Shown here: piece by piece, positions 49,665 to 63,522 of the stretch | How the letters are laid out: each line of letters begins with the position of its first letter | Numbering within the stretch: position 1 is the first letter of the stretch | DNA from: Octopus sinensis | Lineage: Eukaryota | Direction: 5' to 3' | Length of the DNA: 64,000 nucleotides | NCBI RefSeq assembly: GCF_006345805.1 | Contig: NC_043017.1 | Span: 19,592,001-19,656,000, forward strand | The notes under the pieces: generated by a model | The model's database searches: none | What the model was told of the DNA's origin: nothing | Seen by the model: the letters and a program-made list of their open reading frames with translations, nothing else | Translations under genes and position numbers: made by a program

Positions 49665-49880
49665 TCATTATCATTTAATATCCACTTGCATGGGCCACAT
49701 GAAATTTGTTGAGGCAGATTTTCAGTGGCCAGGTACCCACTTGTCGGCACTTCCACCTGTTTCAAAGCCAGGTAAGTAGTTCGTAGTTCCCCATGGCCAG
49801 ATGTGTTTTCTACAGAGGACCGAAAAATGACGACACTGCTTCTATAACAGGACACTCATCAACAACGTCAAGACAAGGGG
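49665..49880 (-). mobile_element. SINE family 'D' variant fragment
   Basis: Matches the 21865-22110 and 34700-34870 subtype (ttgaggcagatttt…ccccatggccag…). Confidence 0.6.
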
Positions 49881-50222
49881 GCACAAACACACGTGCACAC
49901 ACCCCCACATATACACAACAGGCTTCTTTCAGTCTGAGTTGACCAAATTCACACACAAGGATTCAGTCGGCAAGGGGCTGTAGTAGAAGTTTACTTGCCC
50001 AAGGTGCTACATAAAGTGGGACTGAACCTGTAACCACATGGTTGGGAAGTGAACTTCATAACCACATGGCCAAGCCTACAATCAATATATTTATACAATA
50101 TTTAAAAAAAAATTTATGTATGTATAATATTTCCCTGTAAGTTTAAAATTAGAATCTTTGACTATGTGTGTGTATATACTGTGTGTGTATGTGTACATAT
50201 ACATGTATGTCATGTTTTAAAC

Positions 50223-50264
<42 letters not shown>

Positions 50265-50410
50265 CATCACCATTTAATGTCCATCTTCCATGCATACACA
50301 GACATATAACATTTTACTTATAAAGTAGGTGTATATAATATTTGTATATAAATTTGGAATTACAGATATTAAATATATATGTACACATGTATGCAATGTT
50401 TTAAACTGTA

Positions 50411-50464
<54 letters not shown>

Positions 50465-51069
50465 TATATATATATATATATATGGATAACATTTTACTTA
50501 CAAAGTGTATATAATACTTTTATATAAGTTTAAAATTAGAAACATTAACTATACACACATACAAACAGTTTAAATGTATGTAGATGTATAATATTTTTCA
50601 TATAAATAAAGTGTATATATATTATTCTTACAAATCAGATGCATAAAATATATCCTTGTAAATTTGACATTAGAAATAGCAGCTGTGTCTAGAATATATA
50701 TATATACACACACAGGAATTAAAAGATGTGCTCCAGCATGGCTAGTCTCAGCTGTGATTACAAAAATAAACAATAAAAGGACCGAATGAGATAAGATAAA
50801 CAAACAGACAGACAGACAGACAAGGACCGACTGACAAACACACAAATACTTCCTCCCGTTCAGTTCGCCTGCCGTTTGTAGCGCAAACACTGTTCCAAGG
50901 ATTGATTCGCTGTAGTAGTGATGGTGGTGGTGGTGGTGGAGGAGGTGGCAACGGCAGCGAGAAGATTAAGAAGAAGAAGAAGGAGTAAAGTATCAAGGAC
51001 GCACATTATCAGCTGAAATGCACATTATCAACCGAAATAGACGTTATTAGCTGAAACACTCGCACCACT

Positions 51070-51540
51070 TAGTACCACCACCACTACAACCACCACCACC
51101 ACCACCACCACTCCAGTACTATCTCCACCACCACCACTACTACAACCACCACCACCACCACCACTCCAGTACTATCTCCACCACCACCACTACTACTACC
51201 ACCACCACCACCACCACCACTCCAGTACTATCTCCACCACCACCACCACCACTCCAGTACTATCTCCACCACCACCACCACCACTCCAGTACTATCTCCA
51301 CCACCACCACTACTACAACCACCACCACTCCAGTACTATCTCCACACCACCACCACACCACCACCACTCCAGTACTATCTCCACCACCACCACCACCACT
51401 CCAGTACTATCTCCACCACCACCACTACTACAACCACCACCACTCCAGTACTATCTCCACCACCACCACCACCACCACTCCAGTACTATCTCCACCACCA
51501 CCACTACTATTACCACCACCACTACTACTACCACCACCAC
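51070..51540. repeat. (CAC)n minisatellite punctuated by 10 copies of CTCCAGTACTATCTCC
   Basis: Direct count; the spacer (CAC/TAC)n length varies. Confidence 0.95.
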
Positions 51541-53309
51541 TATTATTCTCCACCCCCAAAAACAATCAACAACAACAACAGATTCTGATTCTAGTGTTAC
51601 CCAACATTTCGGTGAAGGACCAAGTCAACGAGACAGTGCGTTTTTCTAATGTGGTTGCCTGACCAGCTAGAAACAGCAGTCAAGTGAATCATAGCCATGC
51701 ACTTTTTATATGAAGTCACAACACATTTGGGTAGAGTGAATCTGTAGCAAGGATTAACACCACCACATCACCCCACCCACCTGTCCTTGGGTATCTTTGA
51801 GAAGCAGAGTCCACTCTGGTCTGAGAATTATATATTCCCAATTTCATCCCATCTTGGATCAGAGATCCTAAAAAGTCAAGAGTGTCATGGTTGGAATGCC
51901 TTTGATCATCATAGGAGTCTCTGTAGGGAAGGAAACGGGGAGCAGAGGCTGGAGTTAGGGGTCAAAAAAAAAACAAAACTGATTAATTGCATGGTACTTT
52001 GGGCAAGTGACTTCTACTATAGCCTTGGGCGGACCAAAGCCTTGTGAGATAGAAACTGTATGGAATCCTGTCATATGTATGTATGTGTTTGTCCCCACCC
52101 CCCACCTGCTTGACAACCAGAGTTGGTTTGGTTATGTCCCCACAGCTTAGCAATTTGGCAAAGAGAGAGTGATATGATAATAATAATAACGATGATGATG
52201 ATGATAATGAGTACTGGGAATCATTTACTCAACTAGAACCCCCTTCACGGTGGTGCTACAGCATGGCCCACAGTCCAATGACCGAAACGAATAAATAATA
52301 AACTGCATGGAAAAAAAGAAAAAAAACCTTCAAAGAAAAACAATGGATATACTTACTGTATGACAACTCCGTGAATGGAACTCCGTGTCTATAACGTTGT
52401 TGTTATTGTTGTAGTGGCCGAGGGAGGGAGGAAAAATGATCCAGTTATTTAAAGGAGAGCATGAAAAATGGAAGAGGATGGAAAGAAGAGAAGGAGGAGG
52501 AGAGTGTTAGTCTAACTGTTGTTGTTGTTGCCGAAATGGCCAGGCAAACATTTCAGTGGTTTTGTATTGTTTTCCTTTTAGTATATATACACATATATAT
52601 ACACATATATACATATATATACACATATATATATATATATATATATACAATGATGACAGTTGTACACAGAGATTCCGCTCTTTTTTTGGGGGATGGAAAT
52701 CCAGTCTAGCATATCATGGATCATCTCCGATTCGCCTTTGTAATTATTGTGGTGGTGGTCATGGTGGTAGTGGTGGTACTTTCCCCACCCACCCCTGCTT
52801 TCTCTCTCCCTGACAATAAGGGAAACACATACACGCATGCACGTACAGATATATCTATATACAAATAAATGTATATACACACGCACGCACACATGCACTC
52901 ATAAACAAATCTATTTACATATTACACACATACACACACATATATATATACTGTGTAGACACACAATAGCTATATATATTGTATACATACATATTTACAT
53001 ACATACATGTTTATGTATATATGGCAAACGCACACAGAATATCTATCTGTATATCAAATACATATATACCAATATATACATGAACATACATACATACACA
53101 TGCATATATATACTATGCAAACACACAATATCTATCTATATATTATATGCATGTACATGCGTATTACATACATACACACATATATATATTGTGTAAGCAA
53201 TCACTCAAATGTATATTTACAGAACAGAGGAACTAACACACAAACACACATATACACATATATATATATACATGCACTTATATACATACATACACAGGGG
53301 TACTGTTAC

Positions 53310-53341
<32 letters not shown>

Positions 53342-53578
53342 GTTTTTGTTGTTTAAAGGCAGTTGATGTTGGTTGGAGAACCATGTGGTCATCAGTCGCA
53401 ACCAAGTTGCAGAAACTGGCTGAATACCACTTCCAACTACCACCACTACTGCAACCACCACCATCACCCTTACTACTATTGCCTCTACTGCCGCAGCTAT
53501 TACTGCTGCTGCTGCTGCTTGATCTCTAACCCTAGTTATCACATACAACACGAAGATGGGCTGGCAATTTAATTGTTG

Positions 53579-53619
<41 letters not shown>

Positions 53620-54511
53620 AGGAAGGGAGAGGAAGAGAGAGAGAGAGAGAGAGGAAGCAAGGGAGGGAAAGAGAGGTCGGAAGAAAGAGTGATTATATCT
53701 GTAAGCAATCCATAATGAAATGTACATACATATACATTGTGTGTGTGTGTGTGTGTGTGTGCATGTGATTGTGTATGAATCTGTGTGTGTATATGAGTGC
53801 ATATATGTATGCATGCATGTGCGTGTGTGAGCATGTATATGTGTGTTTATATGCATGTGTATATGTGTGTGTGTGTGTGTGTGTGAATGTGTGTGTATGA
53901 ATATAGGTATATATGATTGCATATATAGATGTTTGTATGTGTGTGATATCAGGGGGGGCGTGGGGGAGATAGAACATAAAAACTGAAAGTGAAACTGACA
54001 CCTCCCCACCAAAAACAAACAAATTCATTCATTCATTCATTCAACAAGACAGCTGCTGGGGCCAAATCAGCCAGCTAGAAATAACAGCTAAATCTCCTCA
54101 CTGATCACCTCAAAAAAAGAAAAAAAAAAGAAAGAAATCGATACCTTACTAACTTTAAATAAAGAATATAAAACACAGGACAACACATATAGTTCTTCAT
54201 TTACAAACATAATGGGATGGTCATGGATGGAAACAAAACAAAAATATTTGAGTTTGATTGTAATAAGTCCACTTGATAGAATCTGGCAATTTAAAAAAGA
54301 AACTGCCTCTTGTTGTTGACTGTGGCCATGCTGGAGCACCCCCTTTTATTTTCTTCTTCAAAAAAAAAAGCAGTAAGATGAATGTGAGGCACAAAATAAC
54401 CCATAACCCTGAGATTAAGAGTCTTATGCTCTGTGAAAACAGAGGTAACCAAGCAATGTGTGTGTGTGTATATATTTACACACACATCTGTATATATATA
54501 TATGTATGTAC

Positions 54512-54552
<41 letters not shown>

Positions 54553-55214
54553 GTATACACATACATATAAATATATATACACACACACACTCATACATAC
54601 ATATATTATTTTATCTGACAAGAAAAACTCTGCTGTTGGATTGACTTAGAGCCAAGTGGACCAAGCTGGAGCAATTAAACAGAGTATCAGTTGCGGGTGA
54701 ATAAAATAAAATAATAAAAAGAACAGGAACACTACTGTCTTGCAGTAGTGTCATTACCACCACCACCACCACCACCACCACCACCACTACTACTACTACA
54801 GAGGAGGATGTAGTCAGAGGGTCTGTATTGGATGAGGTGGTGATGATAATTATGATGATGAAAGTAGTGGTGGTGGTGGTGGTGGTGGTGGTTAAGCTGG
54901 TGATGACAACAAGAAGTGGAGAGAAGTGAGGGTGATGACAATGACAGCAATGAAGATGATGATGATGATAAAAGTAATGATAAAAATGGTGATGACAACA
55001 ACAGTGGTGGAGGAGGAGGCCCGGGGGGACAACGATAATGCTGGTGGTGATGGTGTTCATCACTACGATGATGATCAGAATAATATTGGTAGTGATGATG
55101 ATGATAATGATGACGTTGGTGTCAATGAGTGTTGAAGATGCAGATAGTGATGATGACAAGGACACCATCATCATCATCATCTCCACTATTAATATTATTA
55201 TTATTATCATCATT

Positions 55215-55815
55215 ATTAATTATCATCATCATCATCATTATTATTATTAATTATTATCATCACCATCATCATCATTATTATTATTAACATCATCATCATC
55301 ATTATTATTATTAACATCATCACCATCATCATCATCATTATTATTAACATCATCACCATCATCATCATTATTATTATTAACATCATCATCATCATCATCA
55401 TATATTATTAACATCATCATCATCATTATTATTATAACATCATCACCATCATCATCATCATTATTATTAAATCATCATCATCATCATCATTATATTATAA
55501 CATCATCATCATCATTATTATTATTAACATCATCACCATCATCATCATTATTATTATTAACATAATCACCATCATCATCATTATTATTATTAACATCATC
55601 ACCATCATCATCATTATTATTATTAACATCATCATCATCATTATTATTATTAACATCATCACCATCATCATCATTATTATTATTAACATAATCACCATCA
55701 TCATCATTATTATTATTAACATCATCACCATCATCATCATTATTATTATTAACATCATCACCATCATCATCATTATTATTATTAACATCATCATCATCAT
55801 TATCATTATTATTAT
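55215..55815. repeat. Compound (CAT)n(TAT)nAA minisatellite, about 30-33-bp units
   Basis: Direct inspection. Confidence 0.95.
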
Positions 55816-56392
55816 TCCAGCTCAGTGAACAAACAATGTGATTCAGTTGTTTAATTCTGTTTTTGTTTGAGAAGAGAAGGATGGTGGGGGGAGGATTGGG
55901 GTGTGTGTGTTGTGGGGGGGTGCAGTGACAAAATTGTTGTTGTTGCTACTGTTCTAGTTGTTGTTTCAATTCATTGATGAAGTCATTGTTGCTTGATGCA
56001 GCAGTGAGTGCCATTGTTGTTGTTATTATTATTATTATTATTATCATTATTATTAACGATGCGTTTTTTTCTGCTTCTTTGCATAAATGTCAACTACTTA
56101 ACGAGTTTAAAGGAATAAACAATGCAATTACATATATACATGTGTACACACACACACACACTCTTATGCATATATATATAAGCATGTAGACAGAGAAAGA
56201 CTGAAAGAGCAAGACAGATGAAGAGAAAGAAAGAAAGAAGAGAAAGAGAGATGATTCACGGTTCAATTCCTACTAGCAGATTCATGACTCCTTTATGACT
56301 TTAAATTATTTATAAATATGCCACATATACATACTATACATGTATTTATATCTATATCTATAAATATATATACACACATACACATAATATTA

Positions 56393-56436
<44 letters not shown>

Positions 56437-56441
56437 TTATA

Positions 56442-56785
56442 TATAAAATATTATTAGAGACAAAACCACTATTTTGCAAAACAAACAAGGAAAGACTTAT
56501 CAATACATAAAATTTTAATAAATAGTAAAAAAACCGCCACTACAATCATAATTTGAAACTGACTTATTGAAAGTCCACCTGAAGATTGTCGATCAAGACA
56601 AGAAAAGATTGTTGTGTGGCGGTTTTTTTGACTATTTATTAAAATTTATGTATTGATTAAGTCTTTCCTTGTTTGTTTTGCAAAATAGTGGTTTTGTCTC
56701 TAATAATATTTTATAATATTTTACTATAAATGGATTAACCTAAATCTGATTTTTTTCCCTGTAAATTTGGATTTATTCCCTAATA
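56442..56785. mobile_element. Palindromic Penelope-like fragment in (TA)n with a central hammerhead-like core
   Basis: Arms at 56442-56547 and 56607-56715; the outer 58 bp match perfectly, with a few indels inside. The right arm continues about 70 bp to (TA)n. Confidence 0.7.
56575..56619 (+). ncRNA. Type I hammerhead-like motif with intact CUGAAGA, 5-bp stem II and GAAA
   Basis: CCAC-CUGAAGA-UUGUC-gaucaa-GACAA-GAAA-A-gauu-GUU|GUGUGG. The left-arm copy implies an ancestral …GAUU-GUA|GUGG pairing with CCAC. Confidence 0.6.
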
Positions 56786-56831
56786 TTTATTATTATATAT
56801 ATATATATATGTATATAAGTACATACACTTA

Positions 56832-57330
56832 CAGGGGGCAGTGCATAAACTGTCGTCTAAATTATGCGAAAATGAAAATAACACTGACATCTCATTCTAA
56901 CAGATATATTTACCAAAATTACATAGAAATATCTTGAAATACTAAAGAGTAAATTTTTTTCAATAAAATCGTCATTGGCTTCAACCAGAGCTTCCAGACG
57001 ACTTCGGAATCTCCTGCAACTTTTCTGGACGGTCCCCTTGTTTAAGTTGGTGAATGCTGCCATAATCCTTGCTTTCAATTCATCTTTTGGTATTACAAGG
57101 AATTTTGTTGGTCTCTTGCTCAACTGCGCCCCATACATAATAATCAAGAGGTTCGCAGTCTGAGGAGTTAGGTGGCCAGATGTTAGGGGTGATGTGGTCG
57201 CAGAAATTGTCTGACAACCACGACTGGGTACCCTTGCTTGTGTAGCAATGGTGCGGAGTCCTGTTACCAGACATAGGGTCTTCCAGCAGCCACCCTTTTG
57301 ACCTAGGGCAGCACTACCTACTCCAGGGCA
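56832..57330 (-). pseudogene. Tc1/mariner superfamily DD37D (maT/mori-type) transposase C-terminal fragment with 3' terminus
   Basis: After correcting two +1 frameshifts it reads VKRVAAGRPYVW*QDSAPCYTSKGTQSWLSDNFCDHITPNIWPPNSSDCEPLDYYVWGAVEQETNKIPCNTKDELKARIMAAFTNLNKGTVQKSCRRFRSRLEALVEANDDFIE. There are 37 residues between the QD aspartate and the PLD aspartate. The terminus TA|CAGGGG is at 56830-56837. Confidence 0.9.
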
Positions 57331-58311
57331 AATCAGGAGGAACAAGTGTGAAAAAAATATCTTATTAGCTTAACACTTAAAAACAAAGGAAAAGGAACTT
57401 AACATTTTGGACATTCATCCTTTATCAGAAAAAAAGGAAACAAATGGGTGTGTGGTTAAGAAGGCTGCTTTGCATTCATGTGGTTGTGGGTTCAATCCCA
57501 CTGTGTGGCACTTTGGCCAGCTGTCTTCTATAATCGCTTCAGTGACTGGATATGGTTGATGGAAACTGAGAGAAGCCTTTGTTGTATAAGGAAAAACCGG
57601 TTCTGAGTGATATTTGAAGTTGGGAAGAGGAACTGGTTTGTTTGGAAACTGAGATCATATTGGGGTTCTTCCCAGCCACCACCACCACCACCACGTCACT
57701 GCTGTCATCACCACCACCATCATCCCCACCCTCACCACATCCACTATCACTGCACCCCCCACCACTGTTTATTAATAACAATCACTAAACACACTAATAC
57801 AAATAATAGACATTGCTCCCCCCCATTCTATGCCATCCCCATTCCCCAAAACAACTTAAAAACCCAAAACAAACTAACAAAACAAAACAAAAACTTTTTC
57901 ATTATATTCCATTGATTAGAGTGTCCTAATTAACATAATTTAATAAGATGAAAGAAATTAGTTATTTTTGTCATTGGTTGGTGTTGTTATTGTTGGTGTT
58001 GTTTTAGATGGAGGAATTAAATCTGAAAATGAGCAGAAACAAAAATAACAAAAAAAACCGCAAAAAACTCTTGGAGAACATGAAGATAACAATCACGGTG
58101 GTAGGGGTGGTGGAGGTGGTGATGGTGATTGTAGTGATGACGCTAATGATGATGGATATGCTGATGGTGATGATGATATTAATAATGGTGGTGATGAAGG
58201 CAAAGTTTATGATGACGATGACGATGATAATGAAAGCGTGACAATGACAGTGGATGATGATGGCCATAAGAGTATGCTCATAACGATGATGATTGTGATG
58301 ATCAGCAATTA

Positions 58312-58357
<46 letters not shown>

Positions 58358-58556
58358 ACATACATACACACACACACGTGTGTTGTGTGTGTGTATGTGT
58401 GCAAGACACAAATACCTCCCCTCCAACTCAACAGAATATTTTCAAAAAAAAAAAAAAAACAGAAAAAGAAAAAAATAGAAAAAATAAAAAGAGGGATAAT
58501 ATTTAATACTTATCACATATAGTCACTTGATATGAGAAATTATTGATAAAGCAAGA

Positions 58557-58603
<47 letters not shown>

Positions 58604-58899
58604 TAATTATAATAATAACAACAATAATAATAAATATAATAATATATTCTATTTGATATTTATATTGTTAGAGACCTAGTTATGGATCCTGCTCTAGTTG
58701 TGTGTCTATGTGTGTGTAAATGCATATGTATGCATGTGTGTGTGTGTGTGTGTGTATATGTGCATCATTGTTGACATACATAAATATCAGCAGTTAAAAT
58801 ATCAATGCAAAAGAGTCTTTTACTTTTTGTATGTGTTTATATATGTATTTGTGTGTACAAATAAATATGTATATATACACATGCATATATTCACGCAAA

Positions 58900-59134
58900 T
58901 GTATATTATATATATATGTATATATGTGATATATATTTAATACACACACACACATGTATTTACATATATATACATACATGTGTATATATATATATATATA
59001 ATATATATATATATATAATATATATATACACACACATATATGTACATATACACATTTTATATATATACAGATATATATATGTGTGTGTGTGTGTATATAT
59101 ATACATATATATATATACACATACATATATACAC

Positions 59135-59201
<67 letters not shown>

Positions 59202-59209
59202 CATATATA

Positions 59210-59255
<46 letters not shown>

Positions 59256-59320
59256 ACATATACACATTTTATATATATATTATATATACACATACACAAA
59301 CATGTACATATATATTTACA
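58900..59320. repeat. (TA)/(CA) microsatellite field
   Basis: Direct inspection. Confidence 0.95.
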
Positions 59321-59839
59321 CACATATACATCTATCTATACGTCACACACACACACAACGTAGAACAACACAAGTCATTAGAATTGTATGAAAATAAGAA
59401 CTTTGCTGTTTATACCCAACTAGAAACTAGCAACAATTGGAAGACTAAATTCCCTCCCCCCATACACACACACACAGACGCATCTGTATGTATGCATTGA
59501 TAACGTTGATGATGTCATTGGGAGGGAAAAGTGTTTGCCAATATCCAAGAGGGAGAGGAGGAGGAGTGTATAGTGCTGGTGTTAGTACTTTTAGTAAAGA
59601 CGTTGGTATCTGAGTGTGTTGGTAGTAGCGTATAGCTTGTGCGAGTTGTTGAGTTGCCCTTCAAGAAGATTGGTAAAAGTAGTGGATACTGAAAGATGGA
59701 TGGATGGATGAATGGAAGGATGATGCGATGTAGGGATAGATAAAAAGATAGGCAGGCAGATAGATAGACAGACAGACATATATATATATATATTTATATA
59801 TATATATATAGATATATATATATATATGCATATATAGGT

Positions 59840-60790
59840 ATAGATGGATAAATAGATGGATAAATAAATGGATAGACAGATGGATAGATAGACAGATAGA
59901 TGGATAAATAGATAGATAGATAGACAGATGAATAGATAGATAGATGGATAGATAGATAGATAGATAGATAAATAGATAGACAGATAGATAGATAAATGGA
60001 TGGATGGATAGTCGATAGATAGATAGGTAGAAAGAGGGCTGGTTGGCTGGATAGTCCTACTTAAATAGAGTCAGATTAGTTATTGGATGGATGGATATAG
60101 AGTGATAGTCATAAATAGACAGACGGATCGATTGATAGATAAATGAATGGATAGAAGGATGGTTGGATAGATAAGTAAGATGAATGGAAAGATAGATAAA
60201 TAGATACACACATAATGAATGGATAGGAAGATGGACAGATGGATGGATAGATAGGTAGATAGAAAGATAGGAAAACGGATAGACAGGCAAACAGGCAGAT
60301 AGATATACATGGATAAATGGAAATTTGGAGGGAAAGCTATATGTGTGTGTGTATGTGTGTGTGAATGAATGAGTGGTTAGCTGGACAAAAAGGATGGACA
60401 GATGGATGGATGGCTAGAAGGATGAACGATACAAACTTGCATGGATCGATAGTTATATAAATAGAAAAATGGATGTAGGGGGATATGTGAATGGCTGGAC
60501 AAATGGCTGGACAAACATATAATCAAACAGATAGATGGATGGACCAATGGATAGGAAGATAGACAGACAGAGAGATGAATGGATGGATGGATAGATAGAT
60601 CAACAGATAGCATGACATACATATATTGAGATAGATAGATATTTGGAGAAAATGATAGATAGATAAGATACAATAGATAGACAAAAACATAGATGAATAG
60701 ATAAACAGATAGATAGATAGGAAGACAGAAAGATAGATAGACCGAGTGACACAGACAGGCAGACAAGTAGACAGAGGGATAAAGCTCCAG
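59840..60790. repeat. Degenerate (GATA)/(GATG)/(GACA) field
   Basis: Direct inspection. Confidence 0.9.
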
Positions 60791-61752
60791 AAACTTGATA
60801 TAGCATGCTAGTGAGGAGTTAATGTTCATTTGTTCCTGTAGAACCATAATATATTCCTATCAAATGGATTATTGGATAAATGGATATTATCAACCAGTGG
60901 AATATGTCTTGTTTCTTCAATCAAGTATGACGTATAGTAGAGTGGGGAGGAGGAAGAGAGAGAGAGAGAAAGAGAGAATGAGAGAAAAGAGGAGTGTCGA
61001 AGCGAGATGGTGGCGGTGGCGGGATGATGATATCATATGGCAGTATTAAATGGTTCGGTGTAAGAAAGAAAGAAAGAAAGGAGATCATTAATGTTGGTGC
61101 TGTAGCATGGCCATAACATATAGGGGGAGAAAAATGAGTAAAATTGTAAAATGAGAATCGTCTTTTGGATGGTGATAGCTGTGATGGTGGTTTTAGCTGT
61201 TGGAGAGATATTAAAGACAATACATCCATGGCCACCCTGTTGCCATTTTCTTAACTTTTGGAGCATTATGTACACCATTCATGACTAAATTATCCATTGT
61301 ATCCTTCTTTTCTTAACATAGTAAAATACAATTTGGCTGATATTTCTAGCAACATGTGGATTTATTGAAAGGCTTCACCCATACTTGAGGAACAAAGGAT
61401 GACTAGAAATAGAGGCATATCTGTACCCATAACTGCTTTGTTCAAGGGACCCATGGAAGGGCCTCTTCCCTAAAGCAAGTATAGAATCGATAGATCTTTG
61501 CAAAGAACAGCAGGACAGACTTAGGTAGGTTATTTGTGAGTCCAAGAAAGATTTATTCAAATATGCAACAGGTATGGGTTCAGCTCAAGCAGATTTAACC
61601 AATTAGAGGTTTGACTAATAAAGATCTATATTCTTCAAATACCAGACCGAAAAAAATGGTTGGTGTGATTGATTAAAACTCTTTGAAGGATATGCTCCAG
61701 CATGACCACAATCCTTTGGCTGAAAGAGCCAAACAAAGAAAAAAAACATTAA

Positions 61753-62130
61753 GCAGGAAACTTGATTGCCAATGGTATCCCAGTGTAAGGATGTTTAATT
61801 CACAAGGACAATGTTAGCTAAAATGTATAGATTTATTCTATCCTACTTTATGCCCCCACCAAAAAGAAAAAAAAAACCTGAGCAGGGTACTCAGTTGCCA
61901 ATGAGATCCCAGAGTAAGGATGTTTGATTTACATGTGCCATGTTGGTTAAAATCTATAGATTTATTTTATCCTACTTTATCCCCACACCAAAAAAACCAA
62001 AAAACAAAACCTAAGTAGGATACTCAGCTGCCAAAGAGATCCTAGAGTAAGGATGTTTAAGTCACATGTGAAATGTTGGCTAAAATCTATAGATTTATTC
62101 TATACTACATTACAATATAAAAAAACAAAA
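61753..62130. repeat. Diverged about 130-bp tandem triplication of non-SINE sequence
   Basis: Units start at 61753, 61882 and 62015. Shared …tgccaa…atcc…gtaaggatgttt…aaaat(g/c)tatagatttatt…ctac…. Confidence 0.9.
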
Positions 62131-63522
62131 CATTGTTAATGTGTTAGAAATTTATTGAAAGAATAAACATTTTTGAAATATTTTCTATGTAAAAAGATAC
62201 TTAAACATTACAAGCACCAATTAGGTAGATATTGGGAGGGTCTTGTTTCTCTTTGCTGTCGCAAATTGATGTTTATAATGTCCAATATTAATTTACATTG
62301 AAAATCTTTGCATTTATTTAACTTATAATTTGAAAAATTCAAAATAGGGAATGGAAAGAAATGAAAATAAAAGTGAGAAACATTTGACAAGTATGATTTA
62401 GAAGAAGACAGAACTGTTGGGGAAAGAAGATATACTAACCAGCTGTCAAAGAAACTACCCATTCGTCTATCTATCTATCTTTCGTTCCGTCTATGTATGT
62501 ATGTCTTTACCTATCAGTCTATCTATCCATCTATCAGACTTTCTTTCTCTTTATCGTTCTATCTATCTATCTATCTATCCTTTTTCTGTCTTTCCATCCA
62601 GCTATCGAGGGTGGGTGGGGTAAGGATGTCATAGATATTTCAAACTGTTTATTTTGAAAAGAGTGAGAAATAAGATATCTTTCACTACTCAGAATGAAAA
62701 AAAAAAGAAAAAAGAAAAAAAAACAATAAAAAAACCCCCACAAACAACAAACAAAATCGTTGGAAAAATTCTTAAGTTGCTTGGGATATTGTTTTGGTTT
62801 CGCTAACTTACCCCACCACCACCACTCAACACATGCACTTTAAGGACTTCAAGCTATAGAATCCTATTTCAGGAGACAAAAACCCCACCATAGAAATGGT
62901 CGCCACTGCCCCAAGCATAGATAAACCTTTATCCATCATTGTTCCACACTGTACCATTCCTCAGTTCCTCTGTATTAGGAACGGTTAATTTGCTTGGATG
63001 AAATATATATATATATACATACATATATATTCTTGTAAACATATATTTATTTACCAAGCTCCTTCTTTTTCCTCTCTCTTTTTTTTTTCATTATTTCTTA
63101 CCCAAAACCTGCCTAAAGGAAACCTTTATAATCTTTAAGTACTTCCATCTCAGCCTGCACTTGAAGAGTTCAAATAAAGAAATGTTAAGTAATCCAAGAC
63201 CAATATAATACACATTCTATTGTGCTTCTTTTAATATCGAAGCCTTTCTGATTATTTTAAAACAAAAGATTTTAGCCAATAAGCTCAACTTGAAACCCCT
63301 CACCTAACCCTGCTTCTTTCTATAGCCCTTCCTGGTTCTCAAGATATGAATTTTATCCCTCTTTTCCTCAACAATTACAATGGCTTCTGTTATTCCAACA
63401 TCGTTAACTGACCTGGAGTTTCTCAAGCAAGTTTATATTTATATGATAACCAACTAAGCAGTGATTCAGCAGAACCAGTAGAGCATTGGTCTCAAAATGC
63501 TGTGGCATTACTTGTTCTGGTC

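Noticed and set aside
51070-51540. CRISPR-like repeat/spacer appearance
   Set aside because: Spacers are (CAC)n of variable length, the context is eukaryotic, and there are no cas genes.
54729-54751. Small perfect hairpins (9-bp here; 7-bp at about 11608-11628; AACTTGA-G-TCAAGTT at about 19365-19379)
   Set aside because: Stems this short are expected by chance in 64 kb.
57648-57670. TGAGATCAT matching the bantam miRNA 5' end
   Set aside because: Only 9 nt match, the rest diverges, and there is no precursor hairpin.
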